Below are positions 26,616 to 41,615 of a stretch of DNA of 64,000 bases, piece after piece; position 1 is the first letter of the stretch; every line of letters starts with the position of its first letter. Source of the DNA: Lama guanicoe (taxonomy: Eukaryota). The stretch covers positions 11,522,873-11,586,872 of the forward strand of contig MU053881.1 of the NCBI GenBank assembly GCA_013239625.1, written 5' to 3'. A model generated the notes under the pieces. It saw only the letters and a list, made by a program, of their open reading frames with translations. It searched no databases and was not told the origin of the DNA. A program made the translations under genes and the position numbers.

Positions 26616-28228
26616 AGACTCTAATGTTACTTTAAGTTGGCAGTTTTCCCAGTAAAAGGAAATATATCCAGTATTTATTTAACACTGTATTTATTATATT
26701 GGCTAATTAAGATCATATTCAGGGGAGGTTAAAGTCTGCATGTGTAGACTCATGCAACAAAACTCCAATGCAACAGAAACATTTACAAAGTAAATACAAA
26801 CAAAACAATATCAATGGTATTCAAAACAACCACTCTAATTCTTACTACAGATGATATTGTTTTGCTCAAATTTAGTCACCACTTAGATCACCCTACAAAT
26901 GACTGTCAAATCACAATCCTTTGAATTCAATTCACTGATGCCCCTGGATACCATAAAAAACTGTTTCCACCCTGGTTTTCTCTATAGCATCTACTGTATC
27001 ATTTGCATGTATTTGACTTTTCATGAGCAATATTGTGTTACTATGTTTTAAGTCGAGTTCTGTTCTTTTTACCAATATACTGAAATAAATACAGCACTGG
27101 GCATCCATGATTATAAACAGAAGCAAGCACATATGAGGTAATGATGAGGCAGAAGAAGTACTGTCAAGAAGACAGTAAAATCACACTATGATGAAACCTC
27201 TGCTCCAATGACATAACAATTATATATAAAATAGAAAGAAGCTATAAAGATAAAGCATATTTTAACAACTGGACAGACATTATCTCAGGCCATTAAATAT
27301 AAGCTAATGAGCAGGACTACATCACCTTCTGGGATTAAAATTCAAAGTCAGGTCATGACAGAGGTCAGTTTTTCTGGGGCTACAGAAATTAAAAGTGTTC
27401 CCATAAAAGTAAGGCCAGCCACAAAGGCAAGGCAGTGTGATCAGGGATAGAATTCTTAAGTACAGAGTGCAATGGGAATGCATTAGGGGTCAACTATGCA
27501 ACTATCAGGCTCTAAGGTGAAATCTGAAGGATCAGCCCAAGAATGACCTTCCATCTCTCAAATAATAGAGCACATTGTCTTTGAGAAATTAAGCAAAGCT
27601 GGATGTGATTGGATTCAGGAGTGCAAGCTAAATGAATGGTAAAGGATAAAGCTGGAGGAGTTAAAAAAAAAAAAAACCCAAATTATGCAACACCGATTAA
27701 GCTGTTTTCTGAATACAATAGCTCTGTTAGTGTGAACTACAATCAAGGGAATTTCTTATGGCCATGTTATACTTTACACACTGTGGACTCCAGGTTTACT
27801 TCCCATAAGAGGAATTCAGTTGTTTTCATTTGTACTTCTGTACATGTTTACTTGGGATATAGATGAAAACGTTTTCAATTTCAACTTGTGAGATTTATTC
27901 TCATCATTTCTATCATCCAGAGTTTCTCTGGAACTTGATTTGTTATTATATATGTTATACTCACTATCCTCTCATTTAAATTTCCATTTTAACCACAAAA
28001 ATTTGGCAGACTTTGTCAATTTCCTTTGCGAAAATAATTTTGAAAAACAACCTATCTAGTAATCTATTTTGGTTCAGAGGTATTAAAAAGACATTTTATG
28101 TTGTCCTAAACATAATATAGCCCTCAGCTCCTTGTAAACAGACTTCGTAGTTCAACATTTTGGGAATCTAAAGACACTTTTTCAGAGGACAAACGTCTCA
28201 ATCCTACGCCTCTATTCCAGTGGTGCTC

Positions 28229-28375
28229 ATTTTATTTTATTTATTTATTTTAAATTTTCTTTAATTGAAGTATAGTCAATTTACAATATTGTATCAATTA
28301 CTAGTGTACAGCATAATAGTTCAGTCATACATATACATACACATATTCATTTTAATATTCTTTTTCATTATGAGT
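28229..28375 (-). mobile_element. Cetartiodactyl-type L1 3' terminus with poly(A)-derived tail
   Basis: T-rich tail then taattgaagtatagtcaatttacaatattgt...tgtacagcataatagttcagtcatacatatacat. Confidence 0.8.
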
Positions 28376-31059
28376 TTTTAAAAAGCAGATTCTGTTTAGT
28401 TCTATTTTCCACATCCTAAAGAGAAAAATTATCGAGCCTTTTATGGAAGAGCACACTAATCAATATCCTATAGCGTAGCATGTTGAGTTAAATACCTTCT
28501 TCATTCAGAGACATATTTTAAATTTCTCTAAATAGTTTTTTTCCACAAAGATGGCTGATTGTTCTTTTCCCTGTGATGACTGGGCATCTGGATAAGGACT
28601 ATGAGAGAGGACATGAATAAGTTATTGAATTTCAAAGGAAGAATCTTGTGAAGGAAAGCCCATGATTTTAGACTTATTTCTGTGTGTGCTTTATGGAGGA
28701 TCAAATTTCTTTCCTTATTACCTGATAATTTCTGCCTTTTCATTCTTAGTAAGATTTTTTTCATCATGCTGTTTTAGAGAATATTGTAATTCTACATAAC
28801 TTTGTAATTTATAGTCTCAGGAAAGAACATTCACATATATACATCCTACAACAAACCTGTAATTTACTGATGAAAATAAGTATATTTACATTCTTATTTC
28901 AAATAAGCCATATCTATGAAAACTACACATTTGAGAAGGTAGGTTTAACTTTGACTTTGCAAAAACATTATCCACTGACTCCTTTACCAAGCTTCCCTAA
29001 TGCATTTAAGTATAATTTAATTCCTACTTGAATAACCTTTAAGAATATACTTATGACATAACACAGGATACACTAAAATAATTCAAAACATCATTAGATC
29101 AATGTTAATGAAATAAGGGAAGTAGGTAGAGTCCTGGAAATGAGTTAACTATGGGAAAAAATCTTATTAAAAATCCCTTTATATTTTAATATAAAGACAA
29201 AAGAAAGGAGTTAATTGTATGTCAGAAAAGTGACAAGTTTCTATCTTAACCTTGAAACTTGTGGGAATGAGAAATGCCAGATTTTTGCCATATGTTACAG
29301 CTCCTGACAGTGTTATGTGTCTTCACCACAACACCATCTGTGCTGCTATACCTGAACAGGGACAGTGGCTAGAAATGGAGAAAAATAATGAACTCTTACA
29401 ACATAGTTTTTTTCCCCTGAGCTCACACAGCTGGTGATAGATGCTTCACTTCAGTCTAGAAAGCTCTACTTAAGCCTCGAATGACAACGCATCAGAATAT
29501 CTTTGACCTCTTCCTATTGACTATTTATTACCTGCAGGTGTGAAAATTATTATTTCCATTAAAAATGGATATCTAAAACACTGATACCATATCTTTGGAG
29601 TTTTACCTCTTTTTATTTTGTAACAACTCTTACAGGTACAAAAAACAGAGACTATGTCTATATGATGACAGAAAAGTTAAAAGTAGTAGTAAAAGTTGAT
29701 TCTATTGGCTCTGGAGTTATCATAGAAAACTTACATATATTACTTTAATACTTTACAGCTTATTTACTATTGTGGATTTAATCCTTGATTTTGATGATCA
29801 TTTCTTTTCTTCATAAGATGGACTACATCATCTACCACTCCAGAATTGCTTGTAAGCTTAGAGTTAATGTATATCAAGAACATAATACATTGTCAAGTTC
29901 AAAGTAGACAACTTCCAATTATCTCAGGCATTCTGGTATACTTTGCAGTTTTCAAAGAAGAATACACTATTATTTCTGTTTTAACTTCACCACACGTGCC
30001 ATAGGGCAGCCATAGGGCACCCATTGGGCATGTGTGGCTAATGATCTGTCTAAGAGGTGAGTGAATATTTCAAATTTTATTTCTAAGGAACAAATATTCA
30101 CTTTTATGGAAGGAAGCTGATTCTATTTTACAAATCATCCAACACATTACTTATTGGTTATGTCTACCAGTATATCCAGTATCTCCAGAGAAAAAGAAAG
30201 AAACTTAGGGATAAAATCCTTAGTTTTAACATTCTTAGACATTAGACAAAGAGAGGTGTAAATATTTCCTAAGAGAAGAAATGAACAATCCTTTCCCAGG
30301 TAAAGCTATAAGGAGGAAGGAGGGAAGCTAGGTGAGCCATGACTTCTCTATGTGCAGAGAACAAGTTGATGAATTTGCTTAACAGATCATTCTGAAACAT
30401 ACTCAAAAGCATAGAGCTTTTTTACCCCCTAGTTGTGCATAAAAAATTTTGACTCTTGATAAAAGAATTTCAAGCATTAACAAAGTAGGGAAATGATTCG
30501 TGTTCCAGTTGATGCCAATTGCCAATGACACTGGAAGCATCAGACTTTATCCATCCACCAGTGCCTATCCTATCAAAGCTGACGGTGGGCCCCTCCCTTT
30601 TAAACTATCTAGTCCTCAATTTTACTCCATGAGCACAAAATTAGGGCACTGTAATTACTTTTCTTTTATATAACTTCTCCTCTCCAAGTCCTTTAGCCTC
30701 AAAGACACTGATTTTATGTTTTCAGCCAGGTAACATTTTTATTTAGTAATCTGTGAGATGTTTATTCCACAACAGTATTTTTAATCTGCTTCTTGAAACA
30801 CAACTCTGTTGCTTTTTATGTGAGGTAAGTATCTGACATACATAGTATCAAGGCACATAGTCTCTCTAATAGAATCTGAAGTTTTTTTCATAATCCAATG
30901 AAAATAAATGATATTATCAATGTCCCAAAGAGGCTGATTTGACCAAGATCAACAGAGAAATTTAAAACTTAAAAATCGAACTCTGAACTACTGTGTACCA
31001 CACCACATACATAATCATAGGATAAATAATAGTTATCAGTCCTTTATCAGCCTACTTGA

Positions 31060-31240
31060 TGCTTAGCAATGTAGTAGAAAATTTACATCCATTATTTCTA
31101 CCTCGGATAACTATTATAAAACTTGTGGGCATTAATAGAACAATTTTGTAGATGAGGAAACAGATTCAATTTTAGAGAATTTCCCTGAGGTCATATAGAT
31201 AGTTGCCCCAGCGCTCATTCTAAACAAGGTTTATGTGACA
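31060..31240 (-). mobile_element. MIR SINE
   Basis: attttgtagatgaggaaacagattc...ttccctgaggtcatatagatagt. Confidence 0.7.
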
Positions 31241-33529
31241 AGAAATCTTCTTTACAGAAATCGTTAGGCACAGATATCAAGCGAGGCCATAATCAGTGCA
31301 CTAACAAACTAATAAACAAGGAACCCTATACCAACATACTGAGAAAGGTATTATGTTAATTTCCCTTAAATTAATGAAAATAATAGTAGAAGGCAGAAAG
31401 TCAATAATCATCTTTCTAATTTGAAGTAAAAAGTCAATAATAATCTTTTAGATTTTTAAAGGAAAGATTTTTGGCATGATGGCATAAAAGCTTCTTCAGA
31501 AACATTAAGATTCATTCTATTAAATTCATAATAGGATGCTATCCTAGTAAAGTCATTCTATGTGATATACACATAGATAAGATGTAGTAAAAAGCATTTG
31601 AGTCCCATCAAAAGCCAAGAATCCATCTGTTAATAATGGTTTTGATTGAAGCTATTACAAGCACGTGTCCTTATACATTTAAAGATTAAATGTGAATTTT
31701 TATATAAGATACTTATTATGTATTAGCAAATGAACACACTTACTTGCAGTGGTTTTTGTAGGCAAGCCTTTTTGGAACTAGGCAGATTTCTGCTTAGTTA
31801 AATCTTTCCCTCCCCTTGACTGTGAATCCCACTGGCTCTTGCTAGAAAACAGTGTTAGACTGAATAGGTATATGTGCTTGATGTAATTTCTACCCTTGTA
31901 AAAAGCAGTTATTGCACATCTGAAATTGCTACTTTTACTCTCTAATATTACTGTCATTTTATGGTGTGCTGTATAATTAAGTTTACTGCAACACAAAGGT
32001 GCTTGGTAGAGTTTCCATTTCCTACCTATGGCTTATTTTTACTCCATATGATAAATTAACAGGCAGCAAAATATAATTTTAAACCCCAGCTATTTTTAGT
32101 GAGTCTTTTCCCTTCTGGAATTTTATTTTTCCTTAATAGTTAATGTTAAAGAATATGGTACCTACATGTTGTATTAACCCAGCTATTGCATTGTACCTAT
32201 TCTCTGATTCTAGTTTTTAAATTAGAAAAAAAAGAATCAATTTAAACAAATATTTTAGAAAATTCCACCAGGATTAGAAAATCATCAGAAAAATGATACT
32301 GAAATCCCAGGTAAAAATTATAACTGTTATAGATTGCCATAACATTATGAGTATGGAGAACCTATAATAATACTTTGCAGGGACTGGGTGAATAAAAGGA
32401 AGCTATTTATATTAAAAAGCTAGAATAAAGGAGAATGTACTTGTTATAATATGGTATTTTATCACAGCGTAATGTCATAATGCCATGCTTTCTCTCCTAG
32501 GCTTACCTGTATTTCAATCTTACTGATATTTTTAGCATTCTTGTCTGACTTGGAATTTGATTTTAGATGATGTCTGTGGTCATCTTAAATTCTTTCCCAC
32601 TTCTATAACTTTTGAAATATCTTTTTCTTTCCACCAATTAAAAAATACACATTAATAATTAAATAACTGGTGGTAGAAGTGTATGAAAGATGTTTTTAAG
32701 GCAGATTTTGTGCAATTTTGCTCGTGGTATTCTACTTAGATGTCCAGTACTTCTACTGTTTATCGTAGTCTCTTATAGTAGCCTGATGAGACTACCCACC
32801 AAATTCCAGTGGGAACTTTTAATTGCTTTCTGTTATAGACGAAGAAATTCTGAGTGAGTGACTTACCCAAGATTAAAGTGTTGGTTAGGATCATGAAATA
32901 ATCTTGCAAATGTCTTGACTTTCTATGCAAGAATAAAAGATTCCATTGCTCCTGCTAACAGTTACCACTTACAGGAACCAGCAGAAGTATCTAGCAAAGT
33001 CATTGATTTCTAATGTGCTACAGTTGAGGGCAGGAGCGAGGCTAGCACGCTTGACATGTATTTTCCGTCTCTCCATTTTAGTTGTTTTCTCCTATGCTTC
33101 TCAAAATGCTCTTCTTTCATACTTCTAATTTGAAGGGAGAATATACGTATCCCTAAAGGGACTGGAGCATGGCTGTAGGTTTCAAATGCAAAGCTATTTA
33201 AGGTCTCTCATTTTGTGTTTAAAAAAAAAATGAATGTAGCATTTGGATTTGACCCCAAAATATAACACTGATTATTTTTTTGAAAAAAAAAATAGCATTT
33301 GCCTTCTGTTGTAAATGAATGGACTGAATTAAACTGTGAACAATGACTGTGCCATCAGGAAAATTAACAAGAGCTTTAAGAGAGCTATACAAGTCCACGG
33401 ATGTGAATAACTTGGAATCTTACTATCATAAAGCAATAGATGCTGCTTTTCAAAAAAAGTAATTGGAAAAATGTGTAAATTTACACCAATAAGTTTAATA
33501 TTGTAGAATCAATGAGTGAAGTAAAGTTA

Positions 33530-34485
33530 ATACATTTTAAAAATTGTATGTCACCAAAATTCACTCAGAAAGAAACAGAAAATTTGAGTACACTCCATAA
33601 ATACTATAAAGGCTAGATATTATGGGAAGGAAGAATTTGATTAGATTAGAACATAAAATGATACAAAAATTTATATTCAATTTAGGGAAACAAACTTCAA
33701 AAGAAATGCATATAAGCACACAAACACCCATGTTAAAAATATAAACTACATAGATACAGCTATCAATAAGATCTATACCACAGAATATTAAATGGAATAT
33801 TAAATTAATGACACAAATTCTAATTAGAGCTTACACCAGAAATTAAGGGATGAGTCAATACCTGGAACTTCATTAATGAAATTTGCTCTGGTAAGCAATT
33901 AAAGGGGAAAAACCTTACAATCATCTCACTAGATGCAGAAAAAGCACATTAATATTGAATAGCTATTCTTTATTTTTTTAAGTTAATAAGTTTAGAATAG
34001 AAGGAATATTTTTTAACTTGTTAAAAGGTCATCTATCAGAAATCTGCAACAAATAACAGAGATTTATTCCTAAGGGCATTTCTATTAAAATTATTATAAT
34101 TGCAAGGACATTTGCTGTCAATCAAATTTAGTTTGCTTTTCTAATTATTAGAACTTGTAGAAAAATTAAAATTATAAGTACTAAAAAGAAAAAAATTGTT
34201 GGTAGTTCCTAATAACATTAGTAACAACCCAAATTTGAGAGAATGAGATTTAAAAAAAAAGACAACTAATAAAAGTTAGAATACTAACTAGGTACGAGAT
34301 CAGCGTAGGTAAGGTTATATGCATAAAGATGTTTATTATATTATTCACTGTGTGAGCTAAAAGAATGAAAAAAAAAGCTCCAAAAAAATAAACAAATCAT
34401 TTTGGATAACATGCCATGGAATATTATGGAGTCTTTAAAAGAGAATAAAATAATCTGCATGTACAAACATGGACCCTTGTCCATT
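33530..34485 (+). mobile_element. Ancient L1 (L1ME-like) ORF2 and 3' fragments
   Basis: atcatctcactagatgcagaaaaagca (IISLDAEKA, RT motif); tagaatagaaggaatatttttt; 3' motif atggaatattatggagtc. Confidence 0.75.
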
Positions 34486-35844
34486 TATACGTGTGTATCT
34501 GTCTATATCTGTGTGTGTGGGTGAGTATATATGTGTATATATATTGTGTATATATATTGCCTTGAATATGTCTTCAATTCCTCTTTCAGTAAAACGAATT
34601 CTTTAGGATACAGTATCATGTTGATCTAGATCTTTATGTTATATTGCGTCCAGCAAAATGAATTTCAAGGTTGCCTAGGCTTTCTGAACATGACCTTTTT
34701 TCCTGTCCGAGGCCCCACAGAGATATCTAGGCTGGTGGAATCTATGATTAGGCACGAAAGATGAGCATTTTTCTTTGCCTGCCAGAAGTCCAGGTGTTGC
34801 TATTACTATTTGTTCTCATTTTCTGAATAATTCACTTCTACCTATCAAGTAGCACAACATACAACTTGGTGCAAAGCCTGGCTGGACTCTGATTTCCCTT
34901 CCAACCTTTCCACTTCTATTTAATATTTAAGCTCCATCTTGATATATACCATTCATTAAATGAGCAAATGATATATGTAACTCCTTAGATAACTTATTCA
35001 TCATCCTCTTCTTCCTATATTCTCCCTTTTCTATTTTTCTGTTTGTTTTAATGCTGGTCATTGTTTAAGGCACATCTCAAGTGGAAACCTGCTCTCTGAA
35101 GTTTTCTGAATCTTCCTCGACCCAGCAGAAATGTCATTCTACTCTCTGTCTAGTCCTGGTAATTTGTTTATACTAGGAAGCACTTAAAATACTAGATTAG
35201 ATTTTATTAAATATGTGTCTGTCTCTCTCTCAAATTGTAAACTTAATTTTATTCCTGACTTTGCTTGGCCCCTAGTGGGTGTCTGAAATATAGTACAAGC
35301 TATTCTGCAATTCTGTAACACATCAATGCTTAAACAAATAGCGCATGGTATACATATTTCATGCTATATTCAAATATTGCTATAGGGGAGTAAAATTATC
35401 ACCTACTTAAGATTTATCACTATCAAATGCAAGACAAGCTGTCACATTTGCCAATAAATTACCAGATAATTGACAATACTATAATGAACTTTAACAGCAT
35501 CACATTCAGCCTGGTGCTAGTATGAAAGCTCATTCTTCACTAAAATAAATCTCAATTATCTAGCCTTTCACCTACATATTCCTTAGTGTCCCCCTAACCA
35601 TTTTATATTATAGTAGCAAAATTGTCAGTAATGCACTTAACTAAAACAGGATCGTAGAAAATGAGCCTAATACAGTACCTCAAATGTATCATTTTCCATT
35701 TATGTTCAAACCAGCTTCTCTTTCTGTATCTTTTTCTTACTAATTTTTTTCCTTAAAACCGTATTGTCTTTGATCTCATTCCCCTTCCCCCCTTTTCCCC
35801 TCTATCTAATCTCTCTCTCACTCTCTTGTTCTCATAATCTTTAC

Positions 35845-35982
35845 TTTTTATTTTTAGTTTGTTTATTTTGTTGGGGGGAGGTAATTAGGTTTATTTATTT
35901 ATTAAATGGAGGTACTGGGGATTGAACCCAGGACCTCATGCATGCTAGACAATGTGCTCTATCACTGAGCTATAGCCTCCCC
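35845..35982 (-). mobile_element. Vic-1-type tRNA-Ala-derived SINE
   Basis: Reverse complement ggggaggctatagctcagtgatagagcacattgtctagcatgcatgaggtcctgggttcaatccccagtacctcca with Pol III A/B boxes, followed by a taaacctaattacctccccc tail and an A-rich end. Confidence 0.9.
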
Positions 35983-36414
35983 TCTACTCAATAGTTTTTG
36001 CCAGCTACATTCAGTCTGGGTCCATGTCAAGTCTACTTTGCTTCCACTGACTGTGTCTGCGCAACTTTCTTTTTATCACGACTGACACACCCATTTACTT
36101 AGTCTTCCAGAGACATTCTTGATATCTTCATTCACTGTTGATTTCCATGCCCTTAGTACTTATTTTTAGTTCTCACACTGTGTGTATAATTTACCATAGT
36201 TTGTTAGTTAGCTCACCTATTCTATTTGTAAATTCCTGGGGGCAAAGTATAAATTTCAATACACAGTTTATACTTTTCATAATAACTAGCACATTCCTTT
36301 GCACATACTCAATAAAGTTTTTTTTTAAGAGAGTGTTTGTATGCCTTCAAAAACCTGAATAATCAGTGTCACAGAAGCAGTTGCTTAATCTTGCTTTATG
36401 CGTCAAGATTCATG

Positions 36415-36520
36415 TCTTAACAGATGTTTACTGAACACTTACTGCATCCCAGGCATTAATGCTAGCACTGAAGAAACAGCAGTGAACAAGACAAATACAG
36501 TTCCTGAACTTAGGTAAATT
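36415..36520 (-). mobile_element. L2 3' end
   Basis: aacagatgtttactgaacacttactgcatcccaggcattaatgctagcactg...cagtgaacaagaca. Confidence 0.7.
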
Positions 36521-39500
36521 ACAGCGTTGGGGAAAAGATGAATGGTAAACAAATAATTAAATGTTCATGAAGTGTTTGAAAAGATTCTTTCAAGACAGTT
36601 AGGAGATTAAATCTGTCACCAAGTAGTTGCTGTATTACCCATTGAAATACATCAATTAACAAAAGAATTGAATCTAAAAAGCAGACTATAAATTTCACTT
36701 GTGATTCACAATGACCTTGGACAACATCCTTGTAATATCTCCCATTTGACTTTGTTAAATAAGGATGATCATTTTCATAATTGACTAATTCCATGAAATT
36801 GATGGTGGTTAATGTGTTGTTTTAATTCATTTATGAGAATTTAAATTTCAAGTGGTGGTGCTTTGTTACACAGATGTTCTTTTGTTAGTCCCTGAATTAT
36901 TCAAAGAAATAAAATAGTCCATATCCAATGAGACTCTAGTGTATTCATAAAAATGAGAACGTAATGGATATTTTCTGTTTCTTGTCTTATTTTTAAAAAT
37001 GTGCCTTTATCAATGCTGTTTTGTTAGGAGGGCAAATAATCCTTGATGTTTTCTTTTTTCCCTCCCAAAACTGATGACTACAACTGGTGAATAAGAAAAT
37101 TATTTTATATTGCCAGTTGCTTGAAGTATTAATCTTTAGATCAAAAGGGAGACTTCTATATCCCAAAACCTGATAAGACATTTATACATGTAACTAAAAC
37201 TTAAAGTGCTTATACTTATTTCAACATATTATATGGAAGCAGGATCTTCATAATTATTTCCCTCATATCTCACTATAAATATTATCTAATATTCATGGAA
37301 GATTTGTTATTTCTCAAATCATGATTTAGATATCTAAATATTTAGATATTTAAATGAATCATCTCATTCAATCATTATAATATCCCTTGGTGTTAGAGAT
37401 TACAATAACCTCTCTTTTATAATGCAGATAGAACAAATAATATTTAGTTACACGCAAAGTCTACCTAGGCATTTTATGATTAAGCCCTTTATTAAAATGA
37501 AATAATTTTTTAAACTAATTCCTTTGCATAAGGAATTTCAGAATTGAAAAGAAACCACGATTTATATCACTGTTAATGATACAGAACATAGCAATTTTAG
37601 TCACTAATCCTTTTTTTAAGGCTTCAGTGTAATTTATTGACCTATATAAAGAAAAAAAGAAAAAAAGGCATTCAGCGTGATTATTAAGTAACATGATTTC
37701 TCACCCAACACAAAGTAGAAAGCAGATTCCCAGATACACATTTATTTACTGATGTATAAAGTCTCTGTTGTAATGCTTTCAATTGTTTTGGGGGTTATTT
37801 TACTTGATATTCGATAAAGATTTTTTCTTTTTTTGTATATGTGTTTGTATCTGAACCTTTATTTGTTACTTTTTGATTCTAGAGAAAAGTGGAATAACTA
37901 ACCACTCACTTTGAGACCTATTATTATTTTGACGTGTTACAGGACCTAAAACAAAGATTTCTGGAAACTTGTTTAAATATCATTATTTTTTAAAAATTTA
38001 ATGAATTTGTTAAGAATATAATGAGGAGTTTGGCAAAGGCTTTTGGGTCAATTACTTTGGAATACTAAGAGTTCACAAAATAAAATGCCAACATCATGAC
38101 CTTTTTTTTTTTTTTCAATTCCAAGTGAAGAGTATGTTTCAGCCTGTGTAATCCTAGATTTGGAATCTTACTTCATTGAACAGAATTTTGCATCTTATCC
38201 AAAGTCCCTATTGTTATAATTAAATTTAAAAATTGTCCCTGAAAACTTTCTTGCATATTTTTAGACAAATATCAAAAAGAAAGAAAGAAATTCATAAGGC
38301 ACTGTTTCAATTTAATTCTATGACTGTCTAACTTCTAGTCTGTGGTTTTTCCTTATGTGTCAAGCTATTTGTGGGATGATCTCTCACTGCTAATTATGCC
38401 CTTTCTTGAACACTAAAGACAGTTGAGTGGATATTGGTACCACAATCAGGCCTGGAAGAAAAAATGTTGCTTCACTTCTTTGTTAGTGACTTGCTTGGTG
38501 AGTTATGAAGACTTGCTGAATTTTTACCATGTCCCTTTGAGCTTCAAAAGAGAGACTGATACTATGCATGTACACTATTGACATTTGCTTTCAATATGCC
38601 CTATGATTTTTAAAAAGAAAAAGTACAGCACATTAGAAAACTAGAAAATCAAAGATTTTAATTGTTTGAAATATGTAAAACATAATTTTGGAATGAATTT
38701 TTATGCCATAGAAAAGGAAATTATAGAATGTGTGTGTCTTGGTTTTACATCACTGACACAAAAGAAAAGATAAGACAGAATAGGCTAACAGGACTGGCTT
38801 GTTTTCTTTCCAGGGGACTTGTTAAATGTATACTGCCCTGCTACACTAGTCGATTGCATAGTGATTAAAATATAAATTCTGTGTACAAATTAAAAGAAAA
38901 TGATTTAGTAAGAATTTAACTTCACTAATACATTCATGATTTTGGAGTGTCCTATAGATCAACACCTTCTGCAGTATCATTTCAGTTACTGGAAAAAGTG
39001 ACTTCAGAAAAATCTTCCTTCAGTGGTTAGTCATCCATGCATTTCATTTTTGAGCATCTGTGACCTTGTTGGTCACTGCGTACTTGGATATAAATAATGG
39101 AAATTTGAAGATGGGGCTCTGTGACCTGGATCTTGAATGATCAGTAAGATTTTATCAAGTGGAGAACACACTGCAGATAGAAGACATCTCTTGTATAAAA
39201 TTAAAGAGTGGGAAAGAAAAACAGCCTACTGAGAAATAGCAATTGGGTTGTATTGGCTTATAGTTTGTAAAATGTAATTTAATAGAAGATAAATTAGACA
39301 AGGTAAAATTGCCCATATCTTACTGGAGTTTCAAAAAATATACCTGTATGCTTCTTTATATGACTAAACTCTTTCATATGAGAAATACATTTAAAAACTA
39401 CTTAATTGTTTCTTGTAGTACAGATGTTTAAACGTCACTTTGCTTTTGAAAATAAGTTTTTTAAAAATATTTATCTTTTGGTGTTTTTTTAAAAATAGCA

Positions 39501-40541
39501 TTGGAAAATTCAGAGAAGAATTGGAAACTTTAAAGTGCTAAAATGATGATCATTGCAAATTAACTCAGCAAAGGAACTCATAAATCTGTTTTTGGGTTGT
39601 TGCCATTGCATGAATGGTCTATTTTTGCGTTTTTATTAATACCATTGACTAGCTACAACAGGTGACATTTTCATCCCCTTAGGCTGTCCATTAGCCAAAT
39701 GAAGGGCCATCTGGAAAGGGATTCTGTTCTTTGAAAAAATGTGACAGGGCTGATGGCTTTTTAACTGCTAGTCATCTATGATTGCTGGTAAACACTGGAA
39801 ATTAGTGTTGATCCCTCAGAATTAAGAAGTTAGTCAAGTACTTAGAGAAAAAGCAAAGGGAATACCTTTAAACCAGATGTGTATATCAATTTAGGTTTTT
39901 TTTTTAAAAAACCTGCCTTAGTTTTACTATTTTAAAAATCGTATCAACAGTAGTGTGAAAAAAAATAATACAATTATTCTTGGTGATTGTAATTTGATGG
40001 AAAATATAAAGAATATTGTGGCTGTAAAATACAAAGGATCTATCTTCAAAAATCAAACTTGGATAACTGATACTGAGGGGAGTAAAAAGGTATATTCATT
40101 ATGATGTGGTTTGCTGGCAATTTCCCCAAAGTGCTATTTTATAATATCGGTGCCCAGATGAACAGAAGGAGATGGTTTTGATGGCTGGCTCCCAACATTA
40201 GTTCATTGAGAGTCTTTTCATAATCACAATTTAAAGGGTCTCTAATAGCACCATGTTGGAGGGATCTTGGTGGCCATTCTGAATAATGCCTTCATTTCTC
40301 AGAAGGAGATTCTGTATCCCAGAGGTGTTAGGTAACTTGTGTAGGTTTACAGTTAATTTGTGGCCGAAATGGCAATTTCTCCTAAAGGAGAATCTGAAGG
40401 AGCAGCTAGCTCTATCACAGTGGTTCTCCAGTTGGTTCCTAAGCTGGAGGCCATAGGAATCAGCGTGCATTTTGCCGTTACTGTTGCTGTTTTTCAGAGT
40501 TACTCAGCAGGATCATGAATGCATATCAACTCAACCATTCT

Positions 40542-40647
40542 TTTTTTTTGTTCCTTCTTTCCCTCAAGGGAAGCACTGGGGATTGAACCCAGGACCTCAT
40601 GCACACCAAGCATATGCTCTACCACTGAGCTATACCTCCCTCTCTCC
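40542..40647 (-). mobile_element. Vic-1-type tRNA-Ala-derived SINE with ~15-bp TSD
   Basis: cactggggattgaacccaggacctcatgc...ctctaccactgagctatacctcc; flanked by caa(c/t)tcaaccattct at 40527-40541 and 40648-40662. Confidence 0.9.
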
Positions 40648-41164
40648 CAATTCAACCATTCTATTTAGCTTAAAAAGACTACGTAATACACTGTGGGCAT
40701 AATCATATCTTTTTTTCTTATAATCTTAAATAATAAGCACATATTCATTTAAACATGTTCTTTTATACTTGCTTTTATCATAATGCATTTTCATAATTAA
40801 TAAGAGTAGAGTTACTGTCATGTTAGAATATAAGAACTGTTTTTCCTTGGAAAGAACATTCATACTTAAAAATCTGAGCACTGCCTATTGAAGCTTTTGT
40901 TGAAAAATTTGTCCTACAATGTCATTGTGCCAATAAATCACCACCTATATATTGTGCCTTAAAATGGTATGTAGGTTACTCCTAACCCCAGTTATTATTA
41001 AAAAGAAAAGAAAGAAATGAAATGAAAAAGAAAAGCAGGTAAACTTCTCTTCAGAATGTGTGATGACAAGAACGAGCACAACCAGCACTGGAGGTGTTTG
41101 AAAATTTATAGCACATTTTCAAGCCCAGAGCAAACTGAAAATCACCTTTTTTTCCTACATCTTT

Positions 41165-41615
41165 TAAAAGGCTTCCCTTGCAGGGATAAGGACAAAAATC
41201 CTTACAATGTCCTCCAGAGCCCTGTGTGGTTCTACCCTTTTTTTAAACCTCATTTTCCACCATGTTCTCCCTTCTCTATGTAAGGTTAGTTCTTCCTTCA
41301 GGACCCTGACATATCTTTACATACTTAAGTCCCTCTGCCTGAAATGTTCTTCCCTCCTTTATTCACCTAGTTCACTCCATCAAACAATAGCACATCCTCT
41401 CTGTCCTCATAGAAATCTCTTCCAAATTCACTAAGTACATCAAGCTGTCCTTCACATACGCTCTCATGAAACCACGTAGCTCTTCTTCATAGTAATGATC
41501 ACGACTTTACATTTACAATGATTTGATTATGGTTTTGGCTCTCTGGACTAGAACATAAGCTCCCTGAGGACAGGAACCATGCTGGTTTCTGTCCATCAGT
41601 GTCAGTACAGAGCTA
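41165..41615 (+). mobile_element. L2 3' region
   Basis: ccctctgcctgaaatgttcttcc...actagaacataagctccctgaggacaggaaccatg. Confidence 0.7.
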
